IMG/VR virus record: IMGVR_UViG_3300027749_000082
Location: 18,118-82,117 of that record
DNA length: 64,000 nt
Direction: 5' to 3' (one strand)
Source: a virus
In this document: positions 41,944 to 51,104 of the stretch, piece by piece
Layout: every line of letters starts with the position of its first letter
How positions within the stretch are numbered: the stretch's first letter is position 1
Translations under genes and position numbers: made by a program
The notes under the pieces: generated by a model
Told to the model about the DNA's origin: nothing
Databases searched by the model: none
What the model saw: the letters and a program-made list of their open reading frames with translations, nothing else

Positions 41944-42813
41944 ATGGCTTGTAATACTACTAGACAAAACTGCCCACCGAGTAGCGTATTTTCTGCTATG
42001 GCATCTCCCGGTTGTAGTCAGTTCGCAAACCCTGCTAATTTCCAAGCAGAGCAATTTGTTTATAGTGCGGCGTTTAGAGATTCTATAAACAATTTTGGTA
42101 TACCTGTAGACTACTATATTAATACATATAATATTAATACAGCTGATAACTTATACGGTGAACAACCTACAGCTATATTTTATGGTCCTATATCATTAAT
42201 GATGTATGTTGAATTATCTGAAAACTCTATTAATCTATCTAAATTTGGTTTTGCTTCAGATGATGAAATGACAGGCTTTTTACATATACAAACATTTACT
42301 AATGCAATATGCGGTAAAGAGTATTTTGTTCAAACATCAACTGGCGAACTACTTACTGTAGAAGAATATTCAGATACATTTAACTTAGTAGTATCAGATA
42401 AAACACTACTTCAACCTTATTTAAATAGTAATCAAGCAGTTGAACCTAAATCAGGTGATCTTATACAGTTATCACCTTTAGGCTGCGATAGACCAAATGG
42501 AAGAGGTGCTAAAATATTTGAAGTAACAGAGAGAATGGATCAAGATGTATCATCTATTAACCCCATGCTTGGTCATTATGTATATAGACTAAGAGCTAAA
42601 CGATATGAATCTTCATTCGAACCAGGAGCTCCTAAAGAACCACAAAATCAACAAGTATTTGAAAATGCTTTTTCTGGTAAGGTATCTTCTACTATACCTG
42701 GAGAAGTGCCATCTAATCCTAAATCGTATCCAGGAGATATTAATACCGAGTCACAGACAAAAGTGTTTGATATGACTGCTAATGAAACAGATATATACGG
42801 AACGTATTATTAA
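41944..42813 (+). CDS. Neck protein, T4 gp14-like, copy B (start revised to ATG 41944)
   Basis: Paralog of 38253..39140: same MACN start, LSKFGFASDDEMTGFLHIQTF, and identical C-terminus ESQTKVFDMTANETDIYGTYY. Confidence 0.75.
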   Translation: MACNTTRQNCPPSSVFSAMASPGCSQFANPANFQAEQFVYSAAFRDSINNFGIPVDYYINTYNINTADNLYGEQPTAIFYGPISLMMYVELSENSINLSKFGFASDDEMTGFLHIQTFTNAICGKEYFVQTSTGELLTVEEYSDTFNLVVSDKTLLQPYLNSNQAVEPKSGDLIQLSPLGCDRPNGRGAKIFEVTERMDQDVSSINPMLGHYVYRLRAKRYESSFEPGAPKEPQNQQVFENAFSGKVSSTIPGEVPSNPKSYPGDINTESQTKVFDMTANETDIYGTYY

Positions 42814-43496
42814 AATAAAGGAGCTGGTGCTACCTGTTTAGCCGTTATATATGATCCACTGGTTATTGTAACAGGAATAATTCCGGGGGATACTGTACTA
42901 TGAAATAATGTTATAACTGTAGGACTATAAACTGTTAATAACAATTTATAAGAAGTTGGACGATTAAACATATTATATAGCCCTTGACTAGGATTACCTA
43001 CTATAAATGTAGATAGTGTATTATTTATATTTGACATATATACCCCTGTACCCGGAGTATTAACGGGTATACCCGAACTGTATGGTAAATACCCCATACC
43101 TAATGAAGTAACAGGGTTAGAAGCAGATAAAGTAAAATCTATAGTCCATATACCGGTGCTGGATAAGGTAGAAGTATTATTACCAGTTGTATAAGGATAA
43201 ATTAATGCAGTTACAAAATAAACACCAGAAGATAATGTTAATGTTATACCTGATGGAACATAGGCAGAGGTAGCAAAAACAGTAGTAGAATCCGATGTTA
43301 ATATACTGGTATATGTGTTACCATATCTCATATCCCCATAACCTCTATTAATTATATCACTACTTAAAGTAGTGATTTGGCTTGCAGCAATAAACTGATT
43401 ATTAATAGTTAAATTACCTGTTAAGTTTATATTACTTAAAGTAGGAGATGCTGTAGAATCTGTATTGGATAAATCTGATAAAGCATGAAGAGGCAT
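42810..43496 (-). CDS. MPLHALSDLSN-family appendage protein, paralog 3
   Basis: Shared N-terminus with the two upstream genes; divergent beta-rich C-domain ending GSYITAKQV. Confidence 0.7.
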   Translation of the reverse strand: MPLHALSDLSNTDSTASPTLSNINLTGNLTINNQFIAASQITTLSSDIINRGYGDMRYGNTYTSILTSDSTTVFATSAYVPSGITLTLSSGVYFVTALIYPYTTGNNTSTLSSTGIWTIDFTLSASNPVTSLGMGYLPYSSGIPVNTPGTGVYMSNINNTLSTFIVGNPSQGLYNMFNRPTSYKLLLTVYSPTVITLFHSTVSPGIIPVTITSGSYITAKQVAPAPLF

Positions 43497-43511
43497 ATAT
43501 TTATTTTATAT

Positions 43512-44183
43512 TTAAAGTGTTGGTCTTGCTATTATAAATGAACCTCTATGACAAATTAGTAAAGCAGGTGGTGATGTGGTAGAAGTAGGGGTAGCAGTAA
43601 TAAAAATTCTTGTATTATTATTATAAATTTTTAAAGAATAATTAGCTATATAATATTTAGCACCAGTATCACCAGCAGAATAAGCAAATGTACCTTGCGA
43701 TACGGCACTAAGAGATATTCGCATACTTTTTTGACTAGATTGTACAGTAGAATAAGCTTGTATTGTACCGAGTGTACTGGGTAAGGGTGATATAAAACTT
43801 CCCATAATATCTATAGTATCCGTAGCAGATAAACCATGTCCATAAGAAGGTGCTCCTCCAGATAAATTCTGAAAAAATATTTTTGATTCGACAGTATATG
43901 TACCTGCATTTAGAATCAAAGAAATACCCATCTCGGTATATGTAAGGGGTGTAGTATATAAATTACCCACAATACTATCAGCAGATAATATACTCATATA
44001 TATATTACCATATCTTTTATCAGCAGTAGCTTTAGTAACTACACTACTACTTAAAGTTAATACTTGATTAGGAGCATATATTTGGTTATATACTGATAAA
44101 TTATTAGTTATAGTCAACCCACTAATAGTAGGAGATGATGTAGAATCCACATTAGATAAATCTGATAAAGCATGAAGAGGCAT
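43512..44183 (-). CDS. MPLHALSDLSN-family appendage protein, paralog 2
   Basis: Shared N-terminus; C-domain ending GSFIIARPTL. Confidence 0.7.
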   Translation of the reverse strand: MPLHALSDLSNVDSTSSPTISGLTITNNLSVYNQIYAPNQVLTLSSSVVTKATADKRYGNIYMSILSADSIVGNLYTTPLTYTEMGISLILNAGTYTVESKIFFQNLSGGAPSYGHGLSATDTIDIMGSFISPLPSTLGTIQAYSTVQSSQKSMRISLSAVSQGTFAYSAGDTGAKYYIANYSLKIYNNNTRIFITATPTSTTSPPALLICHRGSFIIARPTL

Positions 44184-44921
44184 ATATTTATTTTATTTAT
44201 TATTAACCAACTTGTGTGGCTATCATCCATGATCCCTTGTACATTGTTACAGGATTACCTACAGTTAATGTATTTTGAAAATACAAAATATAAAACCTAC
44301 AAGGTGTATTTACAAATATAGTTGTTTGATGTAAGAACATTCTACCCCCATTTAATGCTGCTGTATCAGAAAATGTGTTACCATTAACTCCTGATATTGG
44401 AGTTAAAGAAGTTGTATTTATATTTATAATAGTTCCACCTAAAGCTGCCGTAGCCCATGTACTTCCTATAGGTGCTGTAGTAGGCTGTTTAATACCTGTT
44501 ACAATAATATTAGCATCAGTAACACTAGTTGTACAATTAACATTAGTTGTAATAATACTCATTTTTAATCCAGTAGCTGTAGTAGAATTTAAATTATTAC
44601 CGTAACATAGTGAATCTATTATGTATACTCCGGTAGAAAGGGCTAAGTATAAGGGACAAGCAGATAATATGTCAGCATACCCCATAGCATTATTATCAAT
44701 AGGAGGTCCGTCAGCAGATAATATATTTACAAACATATTACCATACCTTTTATCTGCTGCATACTGAGTCATTACACTACTACTAAGTGTAGCTGTCTGG
44801 TTAGGAGCATATATTTGATTATATACAGATAAATTATTAGTTATAGTCAACCCACTAATAGTAGGAGATGATGTAGAATCCACATTAGATAAATCTGATA
44901 AAGCATGAAGAGGCATATATT
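44095..44921. repeat. 94-bp exact direct repeat (44095-44188 and 44828-44921) covering the 5' ends of paralogs 2 and 1
   Basis: Direct comparison by eye; similarity continues a further ~25 bp with 2 mismatches. Partial third copy at ~43441-43500. Confidence 0.85.
44203..44916 (-). CDS. MPLHALSDLSN-family appendage protein, paralog 1
   Basis: Shared N-terminus; C-domain ending GSWMIATQVG. Confidence 0.7.
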   Translation of the reverse strand: MPLHALSDLSNVDSTSSPTISGLTITNNLSVYNQIYAPNQTATLSSSVMTQYAADKRYGNMFVNILSADGPPIDNNAMGYADILSACPLYLALSTGVYIIDSLCYGNNLNSTTATGLKMSIITTNVNCTTSVTDANIIVTGIKQPTTAPIGSTWATAALGGTIININTTSLTPISGVNGNTFSDTAALNGGRMFLHQTTIFVNTPCRFYILYFQNTLTVGNPVTMYKGSWMIATQVG

Positions 44922-46524
44922 ATATTGAAGTTGTTGTTAAGGCTCCACTATTATTAACTGTTATTCTCCATCTTGAACCATTAGGAGATTTAATAATTAA
45001 CCCACTAGCTATATTTATTGCTTCAAAATCTGTATTGGTATATATAGAACTTGTAGCACTTATATTACCAACTACAGTTTGATTGGTGGAAAAATTATTA
45101 TTAACATTTTTATATACACCGTTAGTTACAGTATCAGCATTACCTGTAACACTACCTGTTAAGTTACCTGTAACACTACCTAAAATATTTGCTTGTAGTG
45201 TATCAATTTTAAATGTAGGTCCTGTAACATCAATTAAGTTAGTATCAGCTGGTTCCGCTGTAACGCCGCTAAATAAAACCCAGTTATTTGTTAAGGCTCT
45301 TCTAGCTAATCCTGTGTGTTGATATAATCCATTATTAAAATGACCTACAAATCCTAAGTCTAATGAATTACCAGTTGAACCTGTACCAAGATATATTAAA
45401 GGATCACTCACCGACATACTAGATGCAGCAACTTGTAAAGAAGAACCAGAGATATATAAACTTCCTAATACATTTAAATCACCCGGTGTAGTTATTGAAC
45501 TAGGTAAACTTATCGTATAGTTATTACCTGTAGCAGATACACTTATCTGATTTGTTGTGCCGTTTATTTGTTTTACAAAGGTGCTTGAAGCAGTTTGATA
45601 TGCAGTAGCTATATTATATGATGTATTCCAGTTAGCACTATTAGCTTGAACAGTTGTGTAAACATTAGAACTATTAGCACTATTAGCTTGAACAGTTGTG
45701 TAAGTATTTTGCCAATTATTTGATGTACCACCTACAGTTGATATAAGACCAACTACAGTAGCATTGTTCATATATGTAGTATTATCAGCAGTACTAGATA
45801 AACTAGAACCAATAGCAAAGGAATTATTATGGGTTACTAGATTATTTTGACCACCTAATATACCAGAATAATTACCACTTACTGTATTAAGACAACCACC
45901 TCCAACAGTAGAATAAGAACTTAAAGCACGATTATAAGCTCCACCGCCTATAAATGAATAACTACCACTAGCTGTATTACATTCCCCACCAACCACACTA
46001 GAATAATCACAAACTGTATTATCTCCTCCACTACCTATAAACGAATGACGACCTAAAGCAGAATTACTTTCTCCTCCAACTACTACAGGCATATAACAAC
46101 CGCTAGCTGTGTTATTTCTACCACCACCTATAAATGAATAACATCCACTGGCTGTACTACTAAATCCTCCAACAATAGTGGAAAAATAACCATTAACTGT
46201 ATTATGATCACCACCAGCTACATTAGAATAAGCACTTAAAGCTTTATTATTATTACCACCACCTACTGTAGAATATATACCGCTAGCTGTATTATTTAAC
46301 CCTCCACCTATAGTAGAATAAGTGCCGCTAGATGTATTATGACCGTTAGTAGGTTGGATTGATGTTGTAGCATTTACTAGCGTATATGGCTTAGTTCCTA
46401 TAGTAGAATATACAAAATCAGAAGTTGTAATACGCTTTGTTACAATGCTGTTATCTATTATAATATAATCAGAGCTGAGCGCTGCAGTAGCAATATCAAG
46501 TTGTGATATTTGTTTGTTAGCCAT
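44920..46524 (-). CDS. Fibre protein with YadA-head-like GGxxNxA repeats
   Basis: About 12 14-aa repeats (STIGGGLNNTASGIY...), a duplicated YTTVQANSAN, and C-terminal SPNGSRWRITVNNSGAL. Confidence 0.75.
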   Translation of the reverse strand: MANKQISQLDIATAALSSDYIIIDNSIVTKRITTSDFVYSTIGTKPYTLVNATTSIQPTNGHNTSSGTYSTIGGGLNNTASGIYSTVGGGNNNKALSAYSNVAGGDHNTVNGYFSTIVGGFSSTASGCYSFIGGGRNNTASGCYMPVVVGGESNSALGRHSFIGSGGDNTVCDYSSVVGGECNTASGSYSFIGGGAYNRALSSYSTVGGGCLNTVSGNYSGILGGQNNLVTHNNSFAIGSSLSSTADNTTYMNNATVVGLISTVGGTSNNWQNTYTTVQANSANSSNVYTTVQANSANWNTSYNIATAYQTASSTFVKQINGTTNQISVSATGNNYTISLPSSITTPGDLNVLGSLYISGSSLQVAASSMSVSDPLIYLGTGSTGNSLDLGFVGHFNNGLYQHTGLARRALTNNWVLFSGVTAEPADTNLIDVTGPTFKIDTLQANILGSVTGNLTGSVTGNADTVTNGVYKNVNNNFSTNQTVVGNISATSSIYTNTDFEAINIASGLIIKSPNGSRWRITVNNSGALTTTSI

Positions 46525-46541
46525 ATGTATATATTTATAAC

Positions 46542-46574
46542 AAAAACGCCTCTTTATAAAAATATAAAGAGGCG
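46542..46574 (-). terminator. Rho-independent terminator
   Basis: CGCCTCTTTATA-4nt-TATAAAGAGGCG followed by TTTTT on the minus strand. Confidence 0.75.
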
Positions 46575-46603
46575 ATATTAAATCGGTACTATGTAATCTT
46601 AGC

Positions 46604-46861
46604 TTATTTCGCTAAGCTATTAATATGAGCTGTAACAGCAGTTAAGATATCTGCATTTGACCATTCAAGTGGTTTGTCATAGTTGTCTCCAGATAATTCA
46701 GTAAGAACAACTCTACCAAGACCTTGAATAAATACAGCTACTTCTTTTTGTGAAGGAATATCAACAATTCTTTCAATAGATACTGTTGTTGGAAGTGTTG
46801 TAGTAACAGCAGGTGATGTAACAACTACAAGTTCTGTAGGGAGTGTAATGTCTAAGCTCAT
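46604..46861 (-). CDS. Small fibre-associated hypothetical protein
   Basis: 85 aa; TATAAATA 5 nt upstream; own terminator. Confidence 0.65.
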   Translation of the reverse strand: MSLDITLPTELVVVTSPAVTTTLPTTVSIERIVDIPSQKEVAVFIQGLGRVVLTELSGDNYDKPLEWSNADILTAVTAHINSLAK

Positions 46862-46896
46862 ACTAGTATTTATAGTTAAGAGTTAATTATTCAACA

Positions 46897-47517
46897 CTAA
46901 ATAATATTCGAACCAAAATCCTTAATTTGTATGATAGAATTAAAAGGTTCTATTTTCTTTGTTAGACATTTACCACCCTGTCTATTGTTTTTACTCATTT
47001 GCTGTAATATCTTTGCATAGAAATTATCTATCTCCATACCAGAAGCATCACACATATAGATAATATCATCAAAAATCCTATGATTAACTCCATAAGCGTG
47101 TAGTTCTACTATCTGATTATTAAACAATTGCTCTTGTAATCCTCCAAAATATAACAAATCAAAATTTTGTATATTAAAATAATTACCATTTAATAATACA
47201 TTAGGGTCTATTGTAAATTTAATATCATCTTCAAATATAAGGATATTCTTATAATTATTAACTTTAGCATCCTTGATAATGTTTAGGTGTGCTGCTCTAC
47301 AACCAAGTTGACCTTTAATATACTTTTCTTCTCTGTGTATAAAGTTTCTATATAGAGAGATATCTGGTATAGTATCAACAACTATACCTGTAGCACGTTG
47401 ATAATTAGTAATATTGTATTGTTTAAATTGATCTAGTATGTGTTGATTCCTATCAACATCCTTATCTAAATTAATATAATATACTTTATCAAATAAATTA
47501 TTAACTAAATTATTCAT
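46897..47517 (-). CDS. Glycosyltransferase family 25-like
   Basis: YYINLDKDVDR, GQLGC..AH, LIFEDD, LLYFGG, HAYGV motifs. Confidence 0.85.
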   Translation of the reverse strand: MNNLVNNLFDKVYYINLDKDVDRNQHILDQFKQYNITNYQRATGIVVDTIPDISLYRNFIHREEKYIKGQLGCRAAHLNIIKDAKVNNYKNILIFEDDIKFTIDPNVLLNGNYFNIQNFDLLYFGGLQEQLFNNQIVELHAYGVNHRIFDDIIYMCDASGMEIDNFYAKILQQMSKNNRQGGKCLTKKIEPFNSIIQIKDFGSNII

Positions 47518-48338
47518 TGTTTATAATTGAAGATATCACGATACCATTGAAAGTTAGTATCAATCCAATTACAAATATCTCGACCTAGTACCTGTTGAGG
47601 TTTATTATCCTTTAATTCTAATTTAGGTTTAATAACATGATCACCAAATACACCATAAACGCTATCATCTTCCTGTGTAGCTTGTTCAATACGATTTACA
47701 TTATGATTAGAATAGAAGGGTAGTTCAAAATATTCGTAAATTTTCTTTAATACAATATTAGGAGTTAAACACAAATCTTCATACTTGACAAATAACATAT
47801 TCTCATTTAATCCCTGTCTAAAGATCTCCTGTAGTCTCTCTATAGCTAATCCTAAAGGCTGAGTATTAACATAATGATCAACTCTCTTACCAGTAGATGT
47901 ATTTTTAAGCTCAGCATGATTAACAATCCCACTATCCTTATCAGGTGAAGATCTAAACTTATTCTCCATAGAGCATATGATTTGTTTCATATCTCTAACC
48001 ATGCATATTACCTTGGGTTGTTCGTTAAGAGCAAACTTCAATAAATCCTGATGAATTCCCCAACCTCTTGATTTCTCGAGTACAATAGGCTTATCAGTAA
48101 CAGCATCATAAAATCCTCTTAATCCTGCATTACAGAAATTTTGGAATCCTTTTCTCATTAAATCACTATCCTGTGCTTTAAAGGTAGGGTCATTAGAGAA
48201 ATTTGCTCTAGCTCCATATATAAGTTCGAGTGTACCTGATGTTGGTGTACAGTAAAAGTCAGGATTTTGAGCTAATATATTTTGAATTAGTGTTGATCCT
48301 GCTCTTGGTAGAGATGAGTTAAATAGTAGTTTTTTCAT
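47514..48338 (-). CDS. Sulfotransferase family protein
   Basis: SLPRAGSTL (5'-PSB loop), EKSRGW, MVRD...S (3'-PB), VKYEDL. Confidence 0.88.
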   Translation of the reverse strand: MKKLLFNSSLPRAGSTLIQNILAQNPDFYCTPTSGTLELIYGARANFSNDPTFKAQDSDLMRKGFQNFCNAGLRGFYDAVTDKPIVLEKSRGWGIHQDLLKFALNEQPKVICMVRDMKQIICSMENKFRSSPDKDSGIVNHAELKNTSTGKRVDHYVNTQPLGLAIERLQEIFRQGLNENMLFVKYEDLCLTPNIVLKKIYEYFELPFYSNHNVNRIEQATQEDDSVYGVFGDHVIKPKLELKDNKPQQVLGRDICNWIDTNFQWYRDIFNYKQ

Positions 48339-49225
48339 ATAAGATTTTTTAAGATTGCATCAACATCGAATATCTCGTAAGGGGATGTATATGGACACTC
48401 GTGAACAGCTCCTGTAAAATTATAATCATACAAGTAAGAATCAACTGTACCTTCTCTAAATTCTACTACTGGCTTAATATTATTATGCATACTATAACCA
48501 AAGATTTCTGGTTGAGTAGCTACCCACACAACAGTAGAAGGGAGGTTCATAGCTGCAGCTGCGTGTTGTAAGGAAGAGTCAATTAATAGTCTAGCTTGTG
48601 ATTGTTGTAAGGCACTAAATAATACTTTCTTTTGCATTACTTGATCTACACGTAGAGCGCTATTTAATACAGGATGTAAGTCATAACACACATGAACTAC
48701 AAAATACTTTTCACTTAAGAGATCAACAATCCTCTGTGCAATAACAGGATGTATGTCTCTCATCCATGAATAAGGAGTCTCTTGATGACCTGTACCAGGT
48801 CCTCCGAACGGTTGAAATATAATAACTGGTTTATCAGTTGGATTTTGAAATAATTTACTACCTAATTCCTGCTCTCTAAAGTTAAAGTGCAGTGATGGTA
48901 GTTCGTTATTATACACAACACCAATCATATTACACCATGTATCTATAAGGTTCTTACTTTTTGTAATATGAGATGTTTGTTTATAAGGTTCTTGAGCAAA
49001 AACCTCTACATCTTTTTCAAAAATAAAATCTTTATAAAAATGAGGTGTATTATTGAGCTTATAAACTCTATCAATAAAAGGGTTGTTTAGATAAACTTCA
49101 GGCCAAGCGCAATTAACAATAACTCTTGTTAAAGGATTGTGTTTTTTATAGCACTCAACAACTGCAGTTGAAGCTATATGCTTTCCTATACCTCCCTCAA
49201 TATGAAAAATTGCTGTGTCAGACAT
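48335..49225 (-). CDS. GT9 (heptosyltransferase)-like GT-B glycosyltransferase
   Basis: GGIGK..., NNPFID, IDSSLQHAAAAMNLPSTVVW..T.P..FGY. Confidence 0.75.
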   Translation of the reverse strand: MSDTAIFHIEGGIGKHIASTAVVECYKKHNPLTRVIVNCAWPEVYLNNPFIDRVYKLNNTPHFYKDFIFEKDVEVFAQEPYKQTSHITKSKNLIDTWCNMIGVVYNNELPSLHFNFREQELGSKLFQNPTDKPVIIFQPFGGPGTGHQETPYSWMRDIHPVIAQRIVDLLSEKYFVVHVCYDLHPVLNSALRVDQVMQKKVLFSALQQSQARLLIDSSLQHAAAAMNLPSTVVWVATQPEIFGYSMHNNIKPVVEFREGTVDSYLYDYNFTGAVHECPYTSPYEIFDVDAILKNLI

Positions 49226-49270
49226 TAATAAAATTTAATGTCAACCAGTGATAAATCAATAGCTAATTAA

Positions 49271-51058
49271 TTATACAATAGTTAATACACCACCATTACT
49301 CCATATAGAACCTGTACCTAAACCATCGCAACTTGTAGGTACATTAGTAAGAACAAGAGTTGGTGCATATGCTGTATTAGCTGAGATAGCAGTAATATTT
49401 GTTCCAGCTATAACAGACGAGCAAGTAGCTGTAGAGCAAGTGCAATTACTCTTACCCCCTAAAATACTAGAATAATCTCCACTAGCTGTATTAGAACGAC
49501 CACCAGCTATATTAGAAAAATAACTACTAGCTGTATTACGAAAACCACCAGCTACATTAGAGTAACTACTAATTGCTGTATTACACCAACCACCAGCTAC
49601 ATTAGAGTAATTGTTACTAACTGTATTACATATACCACCAGCTATATTAGAATTATTAGCACTAACTGTATTACAACAACCACCACCTATACTAGAATAC
49701 GTACCTAAAGCTGTATTACAACAACCACCTCCCACTACACTCCAATTCCTAGCTGTATTACACTGACCACCACCTATAGCTCCATATCTACCTGATGTTG
49801 TATTGCAACTACCACCTGCTATAGTACCGTAACCAACAGCACTACAAGTCTTATTATAAGCACCACCACCTATTGTAGCATATTGACCACAAACTACTGT
49901 GTTACTAAGACCTCCTACAATTATTGAGTAAGTTGTATTAGTAGTAGTAGTTGTATTGCAACAACCGTTACCTATAAAACTATAATTACAACTAGCTATA
50001 TTATTACAACCACCAGCTATATTAGAAAAATAACCGCTAGCTGTATTACAAAAACCACCTAATACACTAGAAGCAAGACCACATGAAGCATTACAATACC
50101 CACCACCTATATTAGAGCAGTTACCACTAACTATATTAAACTGTCCACCAGCTACATTAGAATAACTACCATTTGCTGTATTACCACAACCACTACCTAC
50201 ACTAGAATATGCGCTTAGAGCTAAATTACTACAGCCACCAGCTATATTAGAAGTATTCCCACTAGCTGTATTAGAACGACCACCAGCTATATTTGAAGCA
50301 TATCCACTAGCTGTATTAAAACGACCACCAGCTACATTAGAGTAATTGTTACTAGCTGTATTTTGTCTACCTCCTGCTATAGTAGAGGCAAAACAACAAG
50401 AGTTATTAAAAGCACCACCGCCTATAGTTCCAAAATAACCGTTAGTTATGCAGTTAGTACTACCTCCACCTACAAAACTATAATTCGCTCCAGCGCAATT
50501 ATAACCACCACCACCAACAGTTGAACCCACAGCACCGCTAGCTATGTTACCGCAACCACCCCCTATAAAATTATAGATTCCATTACTAACTACATTTAAA
50601 GTTCCTCCTGCAATAACAGCTCCAACAGTACCATTACATATATTATTACTAATACCACTACCAATTATTGATTGTTGGCTACCGGTAATATTATTACAAC
50701 AACCAGCTACTATAGCACTATTCCATGTATAAGCACAGTTTGTTATAATATTGCAATAACCACCAGCTATTGAATTGCAACCTGTTGTAGGTAATGCATT
50801 ATTTGTACCTATTTGCAAATAATTTGCTGAAACTCCACCAGCAATACTTTGAGTAGTTGTAAAATAATTATTAGCAGTTTTAACAGCAAAATTATTACAC
50901 ACCGTATTAAAATTATTATTAGTTAAAAATATGCCTGAAAGATAAGGTGTGAGGGAAGCTAATGGCTCTTGCTTCGTTACGCCTACTTGAACAAAAGGTA
51001 TTAATTCATTGCCTGTAAAAGCAGTACCTAATGGAAGACATGAAATTTTAACGGACAT
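49271..51058 (-). CDS. Cys-rich fibre protein with long YadA-like 14-aa repeat array
   Basis: Roughly 30 GGxxNTASxxYSxI repeats with many Cys; N-terminal KISCLP...NELIPFVQ; C-terminal GSIWSNGGVLTI. Confidence 0.75.
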   Translation of the reverse strand: MSVKISCLPLGTAFTGNELIPFVQVGVTKQEPLASLTPYLSGIFLTNNNFNTVCNNFAVKTANNYFTTTQSIAGGVSANYLQIGTNNALPTTGCNSIAGGYCNIITNCAYTWNSAIVAGCCNNITGSQQSIIGSGISNNICNGTVGAVIAGGTLNVVSNGIYNFIGGGCGNIASGAVGSTVGGGGYNCAGANYSFVGGGSTNCITNGYFGTIGGGAFNNSCCFASTIAGGRQNTASNNYSNVAGGRFNTASGYASNIAGGRSNTASGNTSNIAGGCSNLALSAYSSVGSGCGNTANGSYSNVAGGQFNIVSGNCSNIGGGYCNASCGLASSVLGGFCNTASGYFSNIAGGCNNIASCNYSFIGNGCCNTTTTTNTTYSIIVGGLSNTVVCGQYATIGGGAYNKTCSAVGYGTIAGGSCNTTSGRYGAIGGGQCNTARNWSVVGGGCCNTALGTYSSIGGGCCNTVSANNSNIAGGICNTVSNNYSNVAGGWCNTAISSYSNVAGGFRNTASSYFSNIAGGRSNTASGDYSSILGGKSNCTCSTATCSSVIAGTNITAISANTAYAPTLVLTNVPTSCDGLGTGSIWSNGGVLTIV

Positions 51059-51104
51059 ATTAATATTTATTGGATTAAGCTATTATTTATAATACAATAC
51101 TCTT

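Noticed and set aside
20209-42813. Repeated TTAA overlaps of convergent stop codons (20209, 39137, 42810) as transposon target sites
   Set aside because: Explained by compact packing of TAA stops in an AT-rich genome; no transposase or terminal repeats.
42810-44921. Diversity-generating retroelement or shufflon as the explanation of the paralog array
   Set aside because: No reverse transcriptase or invertase in the window. The shared part is N-terminal, all copies are full genes in the same orientation, and differences are not adenine-specific.
49480-50400. Regularly spaced ~42-bp DNA repeats resembling a CRISPR array
   Set aside because: Repeats are degenerate, in frame and encode the 14-aa fibre repeat; there are no unique spacers and no cas operon.
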